Source: an uncultured bacterium (lineage in GTDB: Bacteria; Desulfobacterota_D; UBA1144; Nemesobacterales; UBA2774). From it: DNA of 64,000 nucleotides. Below are positions 51,941 through 60,892 of this stretch, piece by piece. Each line of letters begins with the position of its first letter. The first letter of the stretch is position 1. The notes under the pieces are model-generated. The model searched no databases. It was not told the origin of the DNA and saw only the letters and a program-made list of their open reading frames with translations. Made by a program: the position numbers and the translations under genes. Location: contig CAWGRW010000009.1 in assembly GCA_963825135.1 (NCBI GenBank), positions 1,600,001 through 1,664,000 of the forward strand, written 5' to 3'.

Positions 51941-53713
51941 ATGAGCAGGAAATGGATATCGATATTGATCTTCTGTGCGGTTCTTATGGCGATTGGCATT
52001 GGTTACATGCAGCGGGCGGGCGAAGCCGAAGAGCATACTGGTGATAATACGTCTGCTTATATGGATACGGGTTATGTCGGAGGCGTCGCGGGAGCTAATG
52101 GACTCTGGGGGGACGGAATGGTTTCCGCCGCGAAGGGCGCGGGCGGTTCAAATAAAGCCGGAGTGTCTTTACCTCATGTCGATTCGGGACTTGTTAATGA
52201 ACGGATCGCCGAGAATCCTGACCATGGACAACTTGAAAACCATCGTATTATAGCCGAAGATCAGACCCGATCGGATTCAGCCCCGGATGCAGAAGTCGAT
52301 ACCACGGCGCCAAAAGGGTTAGAGAACTCAGCTAATCATCCCAACATCGTCTTTATCCTGACAGATGATCTCTCGCTTGACCTGCTTCAATATATGCCGC
52401 ATGTACTTGAGATGCAGAAAGAAGGCGTCACTTTTAATAACTATTTCGTCACCGATTCGCTGTGTTGTCCTTCTCGGTCGTCGATTTTCACCGGGCGTTT
52501 CCCTCATGATACGGGCGTGTTCGGAAACACAGGCGATGACGGCGGTTATAAAGTATTTCGTAATCGCGGTAACGAGCGTGTTACGTTCGCGGTTTCTCTC
52601 TCGGAAGCCGGATATCGTACGGCTATGCTCGGTAAATATCTAAACGGTTATATTCCGGCTATCGATCCCGTCTCTCCCGGCTGGTCGCACTGGGCGGTTG
52701 CAGGATTCGGTTATCCGGAATTTAATTACAATCTGCAAGAAGACGGCACTTTAGTACATTACGGGAAGAAACCGGAAGATTATCTCACTGACGTTCTCTC
52801 CAGACTGGCAAAACGCTTCATAAAGGATTCGGCGGATGCTCCCTTCTTCATAGAAATCGCAACCTTTGCGCCGCATGCTCCGTATACGCCGGCGCCTCGC
52901 AATGCCGGCGCATTTCCCGGACTGCAGGCCCCACGAGCACCCTCATTTAATTCCGAACCCGACGCAAACGCGCCCAATTGGCTTCGAGATAAGCCGCCGC
53001 TTACCGATGCCGATATTAACACGATTGACCGTGACTATAGAAAACGGGCCCAGTCGGTCTTGGCGGTAGATAAAATGATCGGTGAGATTGAGGACGCTGT
53101 GCATGAAATTGGCCAGGAGGATAATACATATTTTATTTTCAGCTCGGATAACGGATATCATATGGGAGAACATAGATTGATGCCGGGTAAAATGACGGCG
53201 TTTGACACGGATATCCACGTGCCGTTAATCGTTACCGGTCCGGATGTTCCTGCCGGGCTGACTGTAGACGAGCTCGCCGAGAACATCGATCTGTGCCCGA
53301 CGATTACCGAGCTTGAGGGCGCGAAAACCCCCGCAGACGTCGACGGTCACAGCTTGGTTCCACTGCTTTTGGGCCGGGAGGTCAATGATTGGCGGACTGC
53401 AGTGCTGATAGAACACCACAAACCGTTAAGAGATTCTGTGGGTGATCCCGACGCTCCGTCCAACAACTCCGGCAACCCGCCTACTTACGAGGCTATCCGT
53501 ACGCCTACGTCGGTCTATGTTGAATATGCAACGGATGAGAAAGAATTTCACGACCTCAACAGCGATCCGGATGAGCTCTACAATACCTATACGTCACTCT
53601 CCGAGGATGAAAAGAGCCGGCTACATGCGCAACTCCTTGGTATCAGGAACTGTCATAATGTGAACTCCTGTTGGGCTGCGGAGACGTCTGGCTATGATTC
53701 GACTCGGAACTGA
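51941..53713 (+). CDS. Sulfatase, N-acetylglucosamine-6-sulfatase-like, with a low-complexity N-terminal linker
   Basis: PNIVFILTDD, LCCPSRSSIFTG, GKYLNGY, SSDNGYHMGEH; N-terminal TM/signal. Confidence 0.9.
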   Translation: MSRKWISILIFCAVLMAIGIGYMQRAGEAEEHTGDNTSAYMDTGYVGGVAGANGLWGDGMVSAAKGAGGSNKAGVSLPHVDSGLVNERIAENPDHGQLENHRIIAEDQTRSDSAPDAEVDTTAPKGLENSANHPNIVFILTDDLSLDLLQYMPHVLEMQKEGVTFNNYFVTDSLCCPSRSSIFTGRFPHDTGVFGNTGDDGGYKVFRNRGNERVTFAVSLSEAGYRTAMLGKYLNGYIPAIDPVSPGWSHWAVAGFGYPEFNYNLQEDGTLVHYGKKPEDYLTDVLSRLAKRFIKDSADAPFFIEIATFAPHAPYTPAPRNAGAFPGLQAPRAPSFNSEPDANAPNWLRDKPPLTDADINTIDRDYRKRAQSVLAVDKMIGEIEDAVHEIGQEDNTYFIFSSDNGYHMGEHRLMPGKMTAFDTDIHVPLIVTGPDVPAGLTVDELAENIDLCPTITELEGAKTPADVDGHSLVPLLLGREVNDWRTAVLIEHHKPLRDSVGDPDAPSNNSGNPPTYEAIRTPTSVYVEYATDEKEFHDLNSDPDELYNTYTSLSEDEKSRLHAQLLGIRNCHNVNSCWAAETSGYDSTRN

Positions 53714-54013
53714 TATTACGAGTCAGGCATTAAATTGCGATGGCCGAAATTAAATGAAACCTCTTGATTACTTTTGAGGATTTTGCGGGGCGGGCACCTG
53801 GCCTTTAGGTTAAAAGAACGTACCGCATACGAATAATCCGGATAGTTGGCACTTATACCGCTCTTTTCTTCATCTAAGAGTAGTCAAAGAACCATCTGTA
53901 ATTCTTCAATTCTAACGTAATCAATTGACCACATGGACTAAATATAAGTCGTTTAATATGGATATGTTATAGCAATTCGAGTGATTCCAATCAGTTGAAA
54001 GATAGCCTAAGGG

Positions 54014-54061
54014 GGACTGAAAATCCTCGTGTCGGCGGTCGGGTTCCGTCTCCGGGCATTC
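54014..54061 (+). repeat. tRNA-Phe 3' fragment copy 3 (T-loop altered)
   Basis: Matches 44422-44469 except T-loop TTCAATT changed to TCGGGTT. Confidence 0.93.
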
Positions 54062-54398
54062 CTTCCGTTAGTTTCGACCCGATACGCATCCAATGTAAAT
54101 CGCGGGGTGCTCTGCGTAGTACCCGGTCCGTATCAGCTCGACATCGAACTAATTAATATACTTCGCCGGTTTGTGGGGACTCCCTGTGTCAATGCAAATC
54201 AGAGAATCGGATCTCAACTCTAGTCTTATTATGTCAATGCTATTTTTTTCTACGCGGAAATTAGATGGATTGTGCAAGGATAATATATTAGACTGATTCC
54301 TGCAGATTTCGCGGAGGCTTAACGGGATTTAAATCTCTATAAACAATGATTTGATTTCAGTCATGTACAAAATCTAATTCAATATTGGAGGCAATGCG

Positions 54399-54851
54399 AT
54401 GAAATTCTTGTTCGTATCGGTTATAGCGGTCCTGATGTATCTGGCATATTCAAGTCCTGCGGTCGCCCAGAACGTTCCGTCGGGCACCATAACGATAAGC
54501 GAGAAAGAGTTCGGATTTATCATCGGCGGGAGCGAAGGGAGGGGGACTCTCAATTACCAGGGGGCCGAGTATTTTTTCAAATTGAGCGGCATAAAGGTCG
54601 GGGGTATGGGAGTCGCCAAGATTTCCGCGGCAGGGGAAGTCTATGACCTGTTCGACCTCTCGCAGTTTCCCGGCACGTACGTAGCCGGTGATTACGGTAT
54701 TGCGTTAGGCGGGGGAGCGGGCGGGGTGGTGCTAAAGAATGAGAACGGCGTGCTGCTGAAACTCCACTCCACGATGGAAGGCGTCGATCTCAACGTAGGG
54801 GTCTCCGGCATAACAGTCAAATTGGAAGCGGCAATTCCGGATCCACAATAG
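54399..54851 (+). CDS. Secreted Gly-rich beta protein (DUF1134/EipA-like)
   Basis: Signal peptide; GFIIGGSEGRGTL, GEVYDL..FPGTY, LKNENGV. Confidence 0.65.
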   Translation: MKFLFVSVIAVLMYLAYSSPAVAQNVPSGTITISEKEFGFIIGGSEGRGTLNYQGAEYFFKLSGIKVGGMGVAKISAAGEVYDLFDLSQFPGTYVAGDYGIALGGGAGGVVLKNENGVLLKLHSTMEGVDLNVGVSGITVKLEAAIPDPQ

Positions 54852-54907
54852 AAAATTGGGTATGACCATCGCGAGTGATATATAAATATAATGTTGGGGA
54901 GAGAACA

Positions 54908-56326
54908 ATGGAGTCTAATAAATTATCTGCGATTCTGTTTGCATTAGTTATCGCTGCACTTCCTCTCGCAATCCCGGCCTCCGTTCATGCTGCGAGGCTC
55001 AGTGAGGAGGGGGCGTTAACGATCGGTACCGAGGCTTACATCTACGGCTATCCGCTTGTCACCATGGAGATGACGAGGCGCGTCATGACCAATGTTGAGA
55101 CGCCCAGGGGCACGCATGCGCCCATGTCCCGGTTCGCCAATCTCGGACAATACCCGAACGCCAGCTTCAGGGACGTGACCGCTCCGAATGCGGACACCCT
55201 CTATTCGGCTGCCTGGCTTGACCTTACAATTGAACCCTATGTTTTGAGTCTTCCCGCTGAGGGGAGCCGCTACTATCTAATGCCGATGCTCTCAGGGTGG
55301 ACAAACGTATTCGCAGACCCGGGGACACGAACGACAGGGACCGGGGCTCAGACTTATGCCATTACGGGTCCGGGATGGAAGGGTGCTCTCCCCGACGGCG
55401 TGAAGGAGATCAAGTCGCCCACGTATATGGTGTGGATAATAGGCCGCACGTACTGCACCGGGACCCCTGAGGACTATAAGGCCGTGCATACGATCCAGGA
55501 TGAGTACAAGCTCGTTCCTCTGAGCGCTTACGGAAGGCCTTACACGCCGCCCGCGGGCAAGGTGGATCCATCAATAGATATGAAAACGGCTGTGAGAGAC
55601 CAGGTGAACGCGCTTGACGCCGGGTCATTCTTCAAGCTCCTGGCGGAGCTGATGAAGACAAATCCACCCGCTCCCGAAGACGCTCCGATGCTTGAGAAAC
55701 TAGCGTTGGTAGGGATTGTCCCCGGTCAGGATTTCGACATTTCTAAGCTCGACCCGGCTGTCGTAAAGGGTCTCGAGGGGGCTCCCAAGGCGGGGGTTGA
55801 AAAGATCATGTCTGCGGCAAAGGCACCCGGGAAGAAGGTGAACGGCTGGGCGGTCACGACGAATCTGGGTACTTATGGGACGAATTATGTGCTTCGCGCC
55901 GTTGTTACGGCGATTGGCTTGGGTGCGAATCTCCCCCAGGACGCCGTTTATCCCAAAACGCACGTGGACGTTGAGGGAAACACACTTAGCGGAGCGAATA
56001 AATATATGATTAGTTTCCCGAAAGCGCAGACACCTCCCGTGAAGGGCTTCTGGTCTCTGACCATGTATGACCATCGGTATTTCTTCGTGAATAATCCGCT
56101 TCACCGTTATACCCTGAGTCCGCGTAACGATCTCAAGTACAACGCGGACGGTTCCCTCGACCTGTATATTCAGAATGAGTCCCCCGGCCCGGAAAAGGAA
56201 TCGAACTGGCTGCCGGCGCCGAAGGGGAAGTTCGTACTCATGTTGCGCATGTACTGGCCGAACGAAACACCTCCCTCTATACTAGACGGTTCATGGGCGC
56301 CTCCACCTGTTACGGTGGTGAGGTAA
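54908..56326 (+). CDS. DUF1254/DUF1214 domain-containing secreted protein
   Basis: EAYIYGYPLV, PNADTLYS, GLGANLPQDAVYP, FWSLTMYD, NWLPAP, RMYWP. Confidence 0.92.
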   Translation: MESNKLSAILFALVIAALPLAIPASVHAARLSEEGALTIGTEAYIYGYPLVTMEMTRRVMTNVETPRGTHAPMSRFANLGQYPNASFRDVTAPNADTLYSAAWLDLTIEPYVLSLPAEGSRYYLMPMLSGWTNVFADPGTRTTGTGAQTYAITGPGWKGALPDGVKEIKSPTYMVWIIGRTYCTGTPEDYKAVHTIQDEYKLVPLSAYGRPYTPPAGKVDPSIDMKTAVRDQVNALDAGSFFKLLAELMKTNPPAPEDAPMLEKLALVGIVPGQDFDISKLDPAVVKGLEGAPKAGVEKIMSAAKAPGKKVNGWAVTTNLGTYGTNYVLRAVVTAIGLGANLPQDAVYPKTHVDVEGNTLSGANKYMISFPKAQTPPVKGFWSLTMYDHRYFFVNNPLHRYTLSPRNDLKYNADGSLDLYIQNESPGPEKESNWLPAPKGKFVLMLRMYWPNETPPSILDGSWAPPPVTVVR

Positions 56327-56520
56327 TCGTTCCGTGCTTAAAATATCGGGCTATAAAGATGAAGCTATGAACGCTCTCATGCTCACAAGGAGTTACGTTC
56401 GTTAAGGGCAGACTGCATTTCTGGATGATGATGTTTAAACATATGATGTTAGCAGATTAGAGTTCCAGAGGCTAAAAAAGGAAACTATAATGAAGCCCGG
56501 AAGGCCGGTTGTAACACATC

Positions 56521-56650
56521 GAGGGCGGCCGTTTCGGCGGATACGGCTTGTATCTGATCAAGGGTAAGCCGGTATTCACGTACAATTTGCAGGACATCGA
56601 GCGTTTCAGTTGGGGAAGGCGCTCGGTCTCACTCACCCGGCAACCACTCT
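56521..56650 (+). pseudogene. Arylsulfatase C-terminal relic
   Basis: EGGRFGGYGLYLIKGKPVFTYNLQDIERFSW aligns by eye with EGGRFGGYGLFLSKG...KVVFLYNLLDLKRTTW of the 60893 sulfatase. Confidence 0.75.
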
Positions 56651-56720
56651 CGACGTAGTAGTCGATACTTGCACGCCTGTGGATGACCAAGACTACCGGC
56701 TGCAGTCAGGAAGAGAAAGA

Positions 56721-57632
56721 CTAAATTTCCATACCTTTATTCAAGGTCTCGGACGGCGACTCGCCGTAGAGGCCTTTATATTCAACGGAGAATCTCCCGA
56801 AGTGCCAGAAGCGCCACTTAGCCGCTATATCGGTGACTGACGTTCGTGCGGGGTCCGCTTTGAGCAGATCTCTCCGGGCTTTTGAATACCTCACAAGCCG
56901 TAGGTACCTGATCGGGCTGATACCGAAAAATTCCCGGAAGGCGTAATAAAGGGTTCTCATCCCTACGTTCAACGCGCTGCACAGGTCGAGCACATGAATG
57001 GGTTCATAGGAATTGGCTTTAAGGAAGTCGATTGATTGCCTGATGATGGACTCGCGGGATTTCTTGCCCCTATATGTATTCTTCGGAGACGAATTTAAAG
57101 TATTGCTCAGGATCAGTACCTGCGTATCCAGGAGAGACCACTCCATCCCTTTTGTAATATCCGTATTCTGAAATATCAGGGGATTGGAATTTGCAAACTC
57201 GGTTATCTCATTTACGATTTCGTATAACGAATCAAGAGACGCCTGCGCCTGACATCTCAGGTGCGAGGATTCGCTTCTGCGTGTGTCCAACTTTGCCCCG
57301 AGCGGATCGAGAAGAGACTCCTCGAGATAATCGGGTTTGAACGATATATATATCCATCTGCAGAGTCCGTTGTTTATCGCTATATGCTCTGAATTTTTTC
57401 CGTAATACATGAATGATGCGCTGTCGATCTCGTAACCATTGCAGGTTGTAGGAAAATCCTTATTGACCTTATAAACCATACCGCTCCTGTCCTTATCGAT
57501 TGTCGCGTTCGATATGTACGGGGCTCCGTAGTGTCCAACCTGTAGATTTATATTATCGAAGGAGACTTGTGTCAGGCTTGAAGGGGTTATAGTCCGGCCG
57601 ATCTGTATAAGTTCGATGTCGGCGTGTTTCAT
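56721..57632 (-). CDS. AraC family transcriptional regulator (EutR-like); true start may be 57717 with a frameshift
   Basis: DLCSALNVGMRTLYYAFREFFGISP and VTDIAAKWRFWHFGRFSVEYKGLYGESPSETL. Confidence 0.92.
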   Translation of the reverse strand: MKHADIELIQIGRTITPSSLTQVSFDNINLQVGHYGAPYISNATIDKDRSGMVYKVNKDFPTTCNGYEIDSASFMYYGKNSEHIAINNGLCRWIYISFKPDYLEESLLDPLGAKLDTRRSESSHLRCQAQASLDSLYEIVNEITEFANSNPLIFQNTDITKGMEWSLLDTQVLILSNTLNSSPKNTYRGKKSRESIIRQSIDFLKANSYEPIHVLDLCSALNVGMRTLYYAFREFFGISPIRYLRLVRYSKARRDLLKADPARTSVTDIAAKWRFWHFGRFSVEYKGLYGESPSETLNKGMEI

Positions 57633-57768
57633 ATATTGCGCCAGCTCATCGATATCACGGGTTTCCAGTCTCGTGACGGATCCGTTAGAGAAAAACCCGG
57701 GGTTCTACATCTCTCATTGCCTGACTTATTACCTCCTACTGTTAACATTTTTCATTATTTTAACCACA

Positions 57769-57810
57769 TTGCAAAATTCGGATAGACAAAAATTTTCATC
57801 GGGCTATAAT
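57769..57810 (+). promoter_or_regulatory. Putative AraC-type activator box plus -10 element (copy 2)
   Basis: TTGCAAAATTCGGATAGA-18 bp-TATAAT in the divergent region next to the AraC gene. Confidence 0.6.
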
Positions 57811-57951
57811 CAAAACATGGGGTGTATCTAACAATTCGTCGATAATAATTCATAGATAATGTCAATAGGTAATCAATATTATGCATATTTAAACCAAATT
57901 TTGTTTTCTAGTCATCAAGCTTAGCAGGCGGCAGAAAGGAGATAACAAGCG

Positions 57952-58512
57952 ATGAGCAATCAAATTGATTCCCGCAGGGGTCTGAACGACTCCTGTCTGG
58001 TATTAGTTCTGACGGCGATTTTTCTGGTGCTCGTAACGGGGACAGGGTGTAACCGCTCCTCTTCCCAGGCCCCGGAGCTCATGTTCGTGCATATTGCCGA
58101 AGATATCAAGGTAGACTCGGCGGCGCAGACTCTCCGCCTTGTGAAAGTCGCCCAGCAGACCTTGTACTTCTCGGATCGGCCCCAGCGTATCGCCGGGCAT
58201 CTCAAAATGGCCGACTACCTCCAGGAATGGACGGCAAAAGCCGGCAAGGACAATTTTCACGCGGACCCGCCTAACGCCACGCTCTCCGTCTATGAGCCGG
58301 GACAGCCTGACAATACGGTTGCCGTGATAGAGATCACTAACCCGGTTGTCGACGGCGCGGACCTCGTTTACAACTACAAGGTAATAAACGGCAAGATGCC
58401 CGCCTCGGGCGGCGCAACCTCGCTGTTCATCGACTGGATAGGGGTCGGCGGCGGTGTCGGGGCTGGCTTCCACGGTGTCGGTGTCGGTGCCCGCGGTCCC
58501 GGAGTCTACTGA
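57952..58512 (+). CDS. Hypothetical lipoprotein/secreted protein
   Basis: AAGGAG RBS; hydrophobic leader ending GTGC; TLYFSDRPQRIAGH and DPPNATLS blocks. Confidence 0.7.
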   Translation: MSNQIDSRRGLNDSCLVLVLTAIFLVLVTGTGCNRSSSQAPELMFVHIAEDIKVDSAAQTLRLVKVAQQTLYFSDRPQRIAGHLKMADYLQEWTAKAGKDNFHADPPNATLSVYEPGQPDNTVAVIEITNPVVDGADLVYNYKVINGKMPASGGATSLFIDWIGVGGGVGAGFHGVGVGARGPGVY

Positions 58513-58605
58513 CTTTGCAGGTTTTCGGCATGATGTATCGAAGAGTGTTTAGTACATCGATGGAAGATACATGAAAAAAACTAATGAGAGTTATAGGAGA
58601 CTGCA

Positions 58606-58998
58606 ATGAAGACCGGTATATCAGTTTTAATGCTTGTATTCGTCGTAGCAGTAATACTTTGCGTTTCTTTATCGGGCGGTATGGGTGCGAGTGCCCAAGG
58701 AACAGGTGCCTGTGCGGGTGATGTGCAGACATTCTGCAGCGCAGTTCAACCTGGGCAGGGCAGGGTAGTCGAATGTCTTAAACAGAACAAAGAATCGCTA
58801 TCGCCGGATTGTAAGGTCAGGATATTGGAGGTAGCGACACAATTAGCCGAGGTTAATCAGGCCTGTCAGGACGATATATTATGGTTCTGCCCCGGTATTC
58901 AGCCGGGAGGCGGCAGGATTGCCGCGTGTCTCAAGGCAAATGTAGCCCTCCTATCTGCGGAGTGCAAGGCCACAATCGCGGAAGCAAAGGGATACTGA
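58606..58998 (+). CDS. Cysteine-rich repeat secreted protein
   Basis: Signal peptide; two repeats of ACxxDxxxFCxxxQPGxGRxxxCLKxNxxxLSxxCK. Confidence 0.85.
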   Translation: MKTGISVLMLVFVVAVILCVSLSGGMGASAQGTGACAGDVQTFCSAVQPGQGRVVECLKQNKESLSPDCKVRILEVATQLAEVNQACQDDILWFCPGIQPGGGRIAACLKANVALLSAECKATIAEAKGY

Positions 58999-59116
58999 TA
59001 TCGGGATTGGCCTTCCCGGTAACTTAAGTTAAAGCGTTTGGCTGGTTTTTCGTTGCGCAAGTGCAACTAGATTTGTAGTGTCGTAAGAATAAATTACAGA
59101 AATTAGGAGGCTTACC

Positions 59117-59920
59117 ATGAAGCGAGTCACTTTGGTAACGTTTGCTTGGGCCCTTGCGCTATTATTGGCGGGAGGACGTGTCAGCGCTCAGGATGCTAGC
59201 CCCGCTGATCCGAATATAAGTAAAGCACAGGCGATGGCTGTGGCGAAACGGGTGGTCGATTTCCTTTCGCAGGCAGAGCGTTTCAGTGTTACCGTCGACA
59301 TAGGATTCGATGCGGTGCAGGACGACGGCCAGAAGATCGAATTTGGAGAAACCCGCAAGATATTACTCGACCGCCCGGACCATCTCCGAGTCGAAGACAC
59401 CGAACGTAACGGATCGACGAACGAACTGGTATTCGACGGCAAAACTATAATGATCTATTACGCTAAGGATAACGTCTACGCTGTGGCGGATAGACCCGGC
59501 ACGCTGGACGATGCCGTTTCCTATTATGTCAACGATCTCGGCATGCGCTTTCCTCTCTCACAGTTGATTGACCGTAAGATGGCTGCTAACTTGCCGTCGC
59601 AAATCCGTTCCGCGGCCTATGTCGAGCAATCATCTATTGCGGGAGTTCCCTGTGATCAAATCGCACTTCGCGGGGAGGATGCGGATTTGCAGTTATGGGT
59701 CGCGCAAGGCGCTCAGCCATTACTTCAGCGTGTAGTTATAACGTATAAACGGCTTGACGGAAGGCCTCAGTTTTGGGCGCAATTCAGCGACTGGAACCTG
59801 AAGCCGAAGGTGTCCGACAAATTATTCAGCGTTACGCCGCCCAAGGGAGCGGTGAAAATCGCATTTGCCGCCCAGCAAATGCTGCAGCCGGGCGCATCTG
59901 AAACGAATGGAGCGAAATAA
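59117..59920 (+). CDS. DUF2092 domain-containing periplasmic protein
   Basis: Signal peptide; GQKIEF, RPDHLRV, FDGKT, DLQLWVAQGAQPL, FSDWNL. Confidence 0.85.
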   Translation: MKRVTLVTFAWALALLLAGGRVSAQDASPADPNISKAQAMAVAKRVVDFLSQAERFSVTVDIGFDAVQDDGQKIEFGETRKILLDRPDHLRVEDTERNGSTNELVFDGKTIMIYYAKDNVYAVADRPGTLDDAVSYYVNDLGMRFPLSQLIDRKMAANLPSQIRSAAYVEQSSIAGVPCDQIALRGEDADLQLWVAQGAQPLLQRVVITYKRLDGRPQFWAQFSDWNLKPKVSDKLFSVTPPKGAVKIAFAAQQMLQPGASETNGAK

Positions 59921-59922
59921 CC

Positions 59923-60558
59923 ATGAGACAAAATAGATGGAGATACCGGACAGCATCAAGTGTGCTTGTGTTGTTATGCATGTTCGCGGCTTCACAGGTT
60001 TATGCGAGGGGCTTTGGGGGGGACGGCGGCGGATTTTCCCGGAGCGGCGATGCCAGCAGCGGGAACTGGCAATCCAATCGCTCAAGCTCGCAGTCAAGCC
60101 GGCAGTCTTCTGCGGAATCGATGCAGTCGAGCCACCAGAGCTACGGGCAGCAGCAGCAGCAAAGCAGGCAGGACTACGGGCAGCAGCAGCAGCAAAGCAG
60201 GCAAAACTACGGGGATCAACAGCAGCAAAGCAGGCAGAACTACGCCTCCAATTATGACGATTATCATCCGGCGAATGGTTATGGGGACTATTACCATCCG
60301 CCCAGCTACGGGGATTATTACCATCCCCCGGGCGCCTATTATCCCCCTCCTTCCACTGCCGGCGCTTTCGCGGCGGGGGCTGTAACAGGGGCAGTCATCG
60401 GCACTGCGATTACAGCCTCTCAGTTCAGTGCCATGTCGGCACAGGCGACCCCGGTTGTGGTGGGAAGCACGACGTATTATCAGGTAGGCACGACATATTA
60501 TCAGCCCGTAACCCAAGGGGATGGAGTTACGTATGTCGTAGTCCAACCGCCGCAATGA
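59923..60558 (+). CDS. Secreted low-complexity Gln/Tyr-rich protein with a VVVGSTTYYQ-type C-terminus
   Basis: Signal peptide, YGQQQQQSRQ repeats, GDYYHPP repeats; starts 2 bp after the DUF2092 gene. Confidence 0.7.
   Translation: MRQNRWRYRTASSVLVLLCMFAASQVYARGFGGDGGGFSRSGDASSGNWQSNRSSSQSSRQSSAESMQSSHQSYGQQQQQSRQDYGQQQQQSRQNYGDQQQQSRQNYASNYDDYHPANGYGDYYHPPSYGDYYHPPGAYYPPPSTAGAFAAGAVTGAVIGTAITASQFSAMSAQATPVVVGSTTYYQVGTTYYQPVTQGDGVTYVVVQPPQ
60141..60244. repeat. 3 x 33 bp coding tandem repeat
   Basis: CTACGGGCAGCAGCAGCAGCAAAGCAGGCAGGA and variants. Confidence 0.85.
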
Positions 60559-60892
60559 GCGGTTTGACTTTTTGGTAACAAAGAATAATGAGAAATCATG
60601 CTATTACTGCTGGCGCAGCCGCTTTTGATATCGATGATGCCCATACCCTTAATTACCATGACATAGTCATGGAGTACATCCTGCCTAATTCGAAGAAGGG
60701 GAATTCGTATAAGCAGGTATTTAGCTTTAGTCGGAGGTCCTGAGTCAGTGATAATCGAGGATGGGAATAAAATACTAGCCGGGGTTATCTCAGATGGAGG
60801 ACCCCGCCTCTTTAGCAATCGATCCGGATAGTGCATTAAGCGTGTGTGGAAGTGATGTTCGGGATGCAGTCCGGACCATAAAGGAGAAAGTC

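Noticed and set aside
44467..54061. Classical integron with attC sites
   Set aside because: No intI gene and no RYYYAAC...GTTRRRY hairpins seen at the module ends; the junctions are tRNA-derived.
48700..54061. Additional functional tRNA-Phe genes at 48725, 51671 and 54014
   Set aside because: All lack the 5' acceptor strand and D-arm, and two have altered T-loops.
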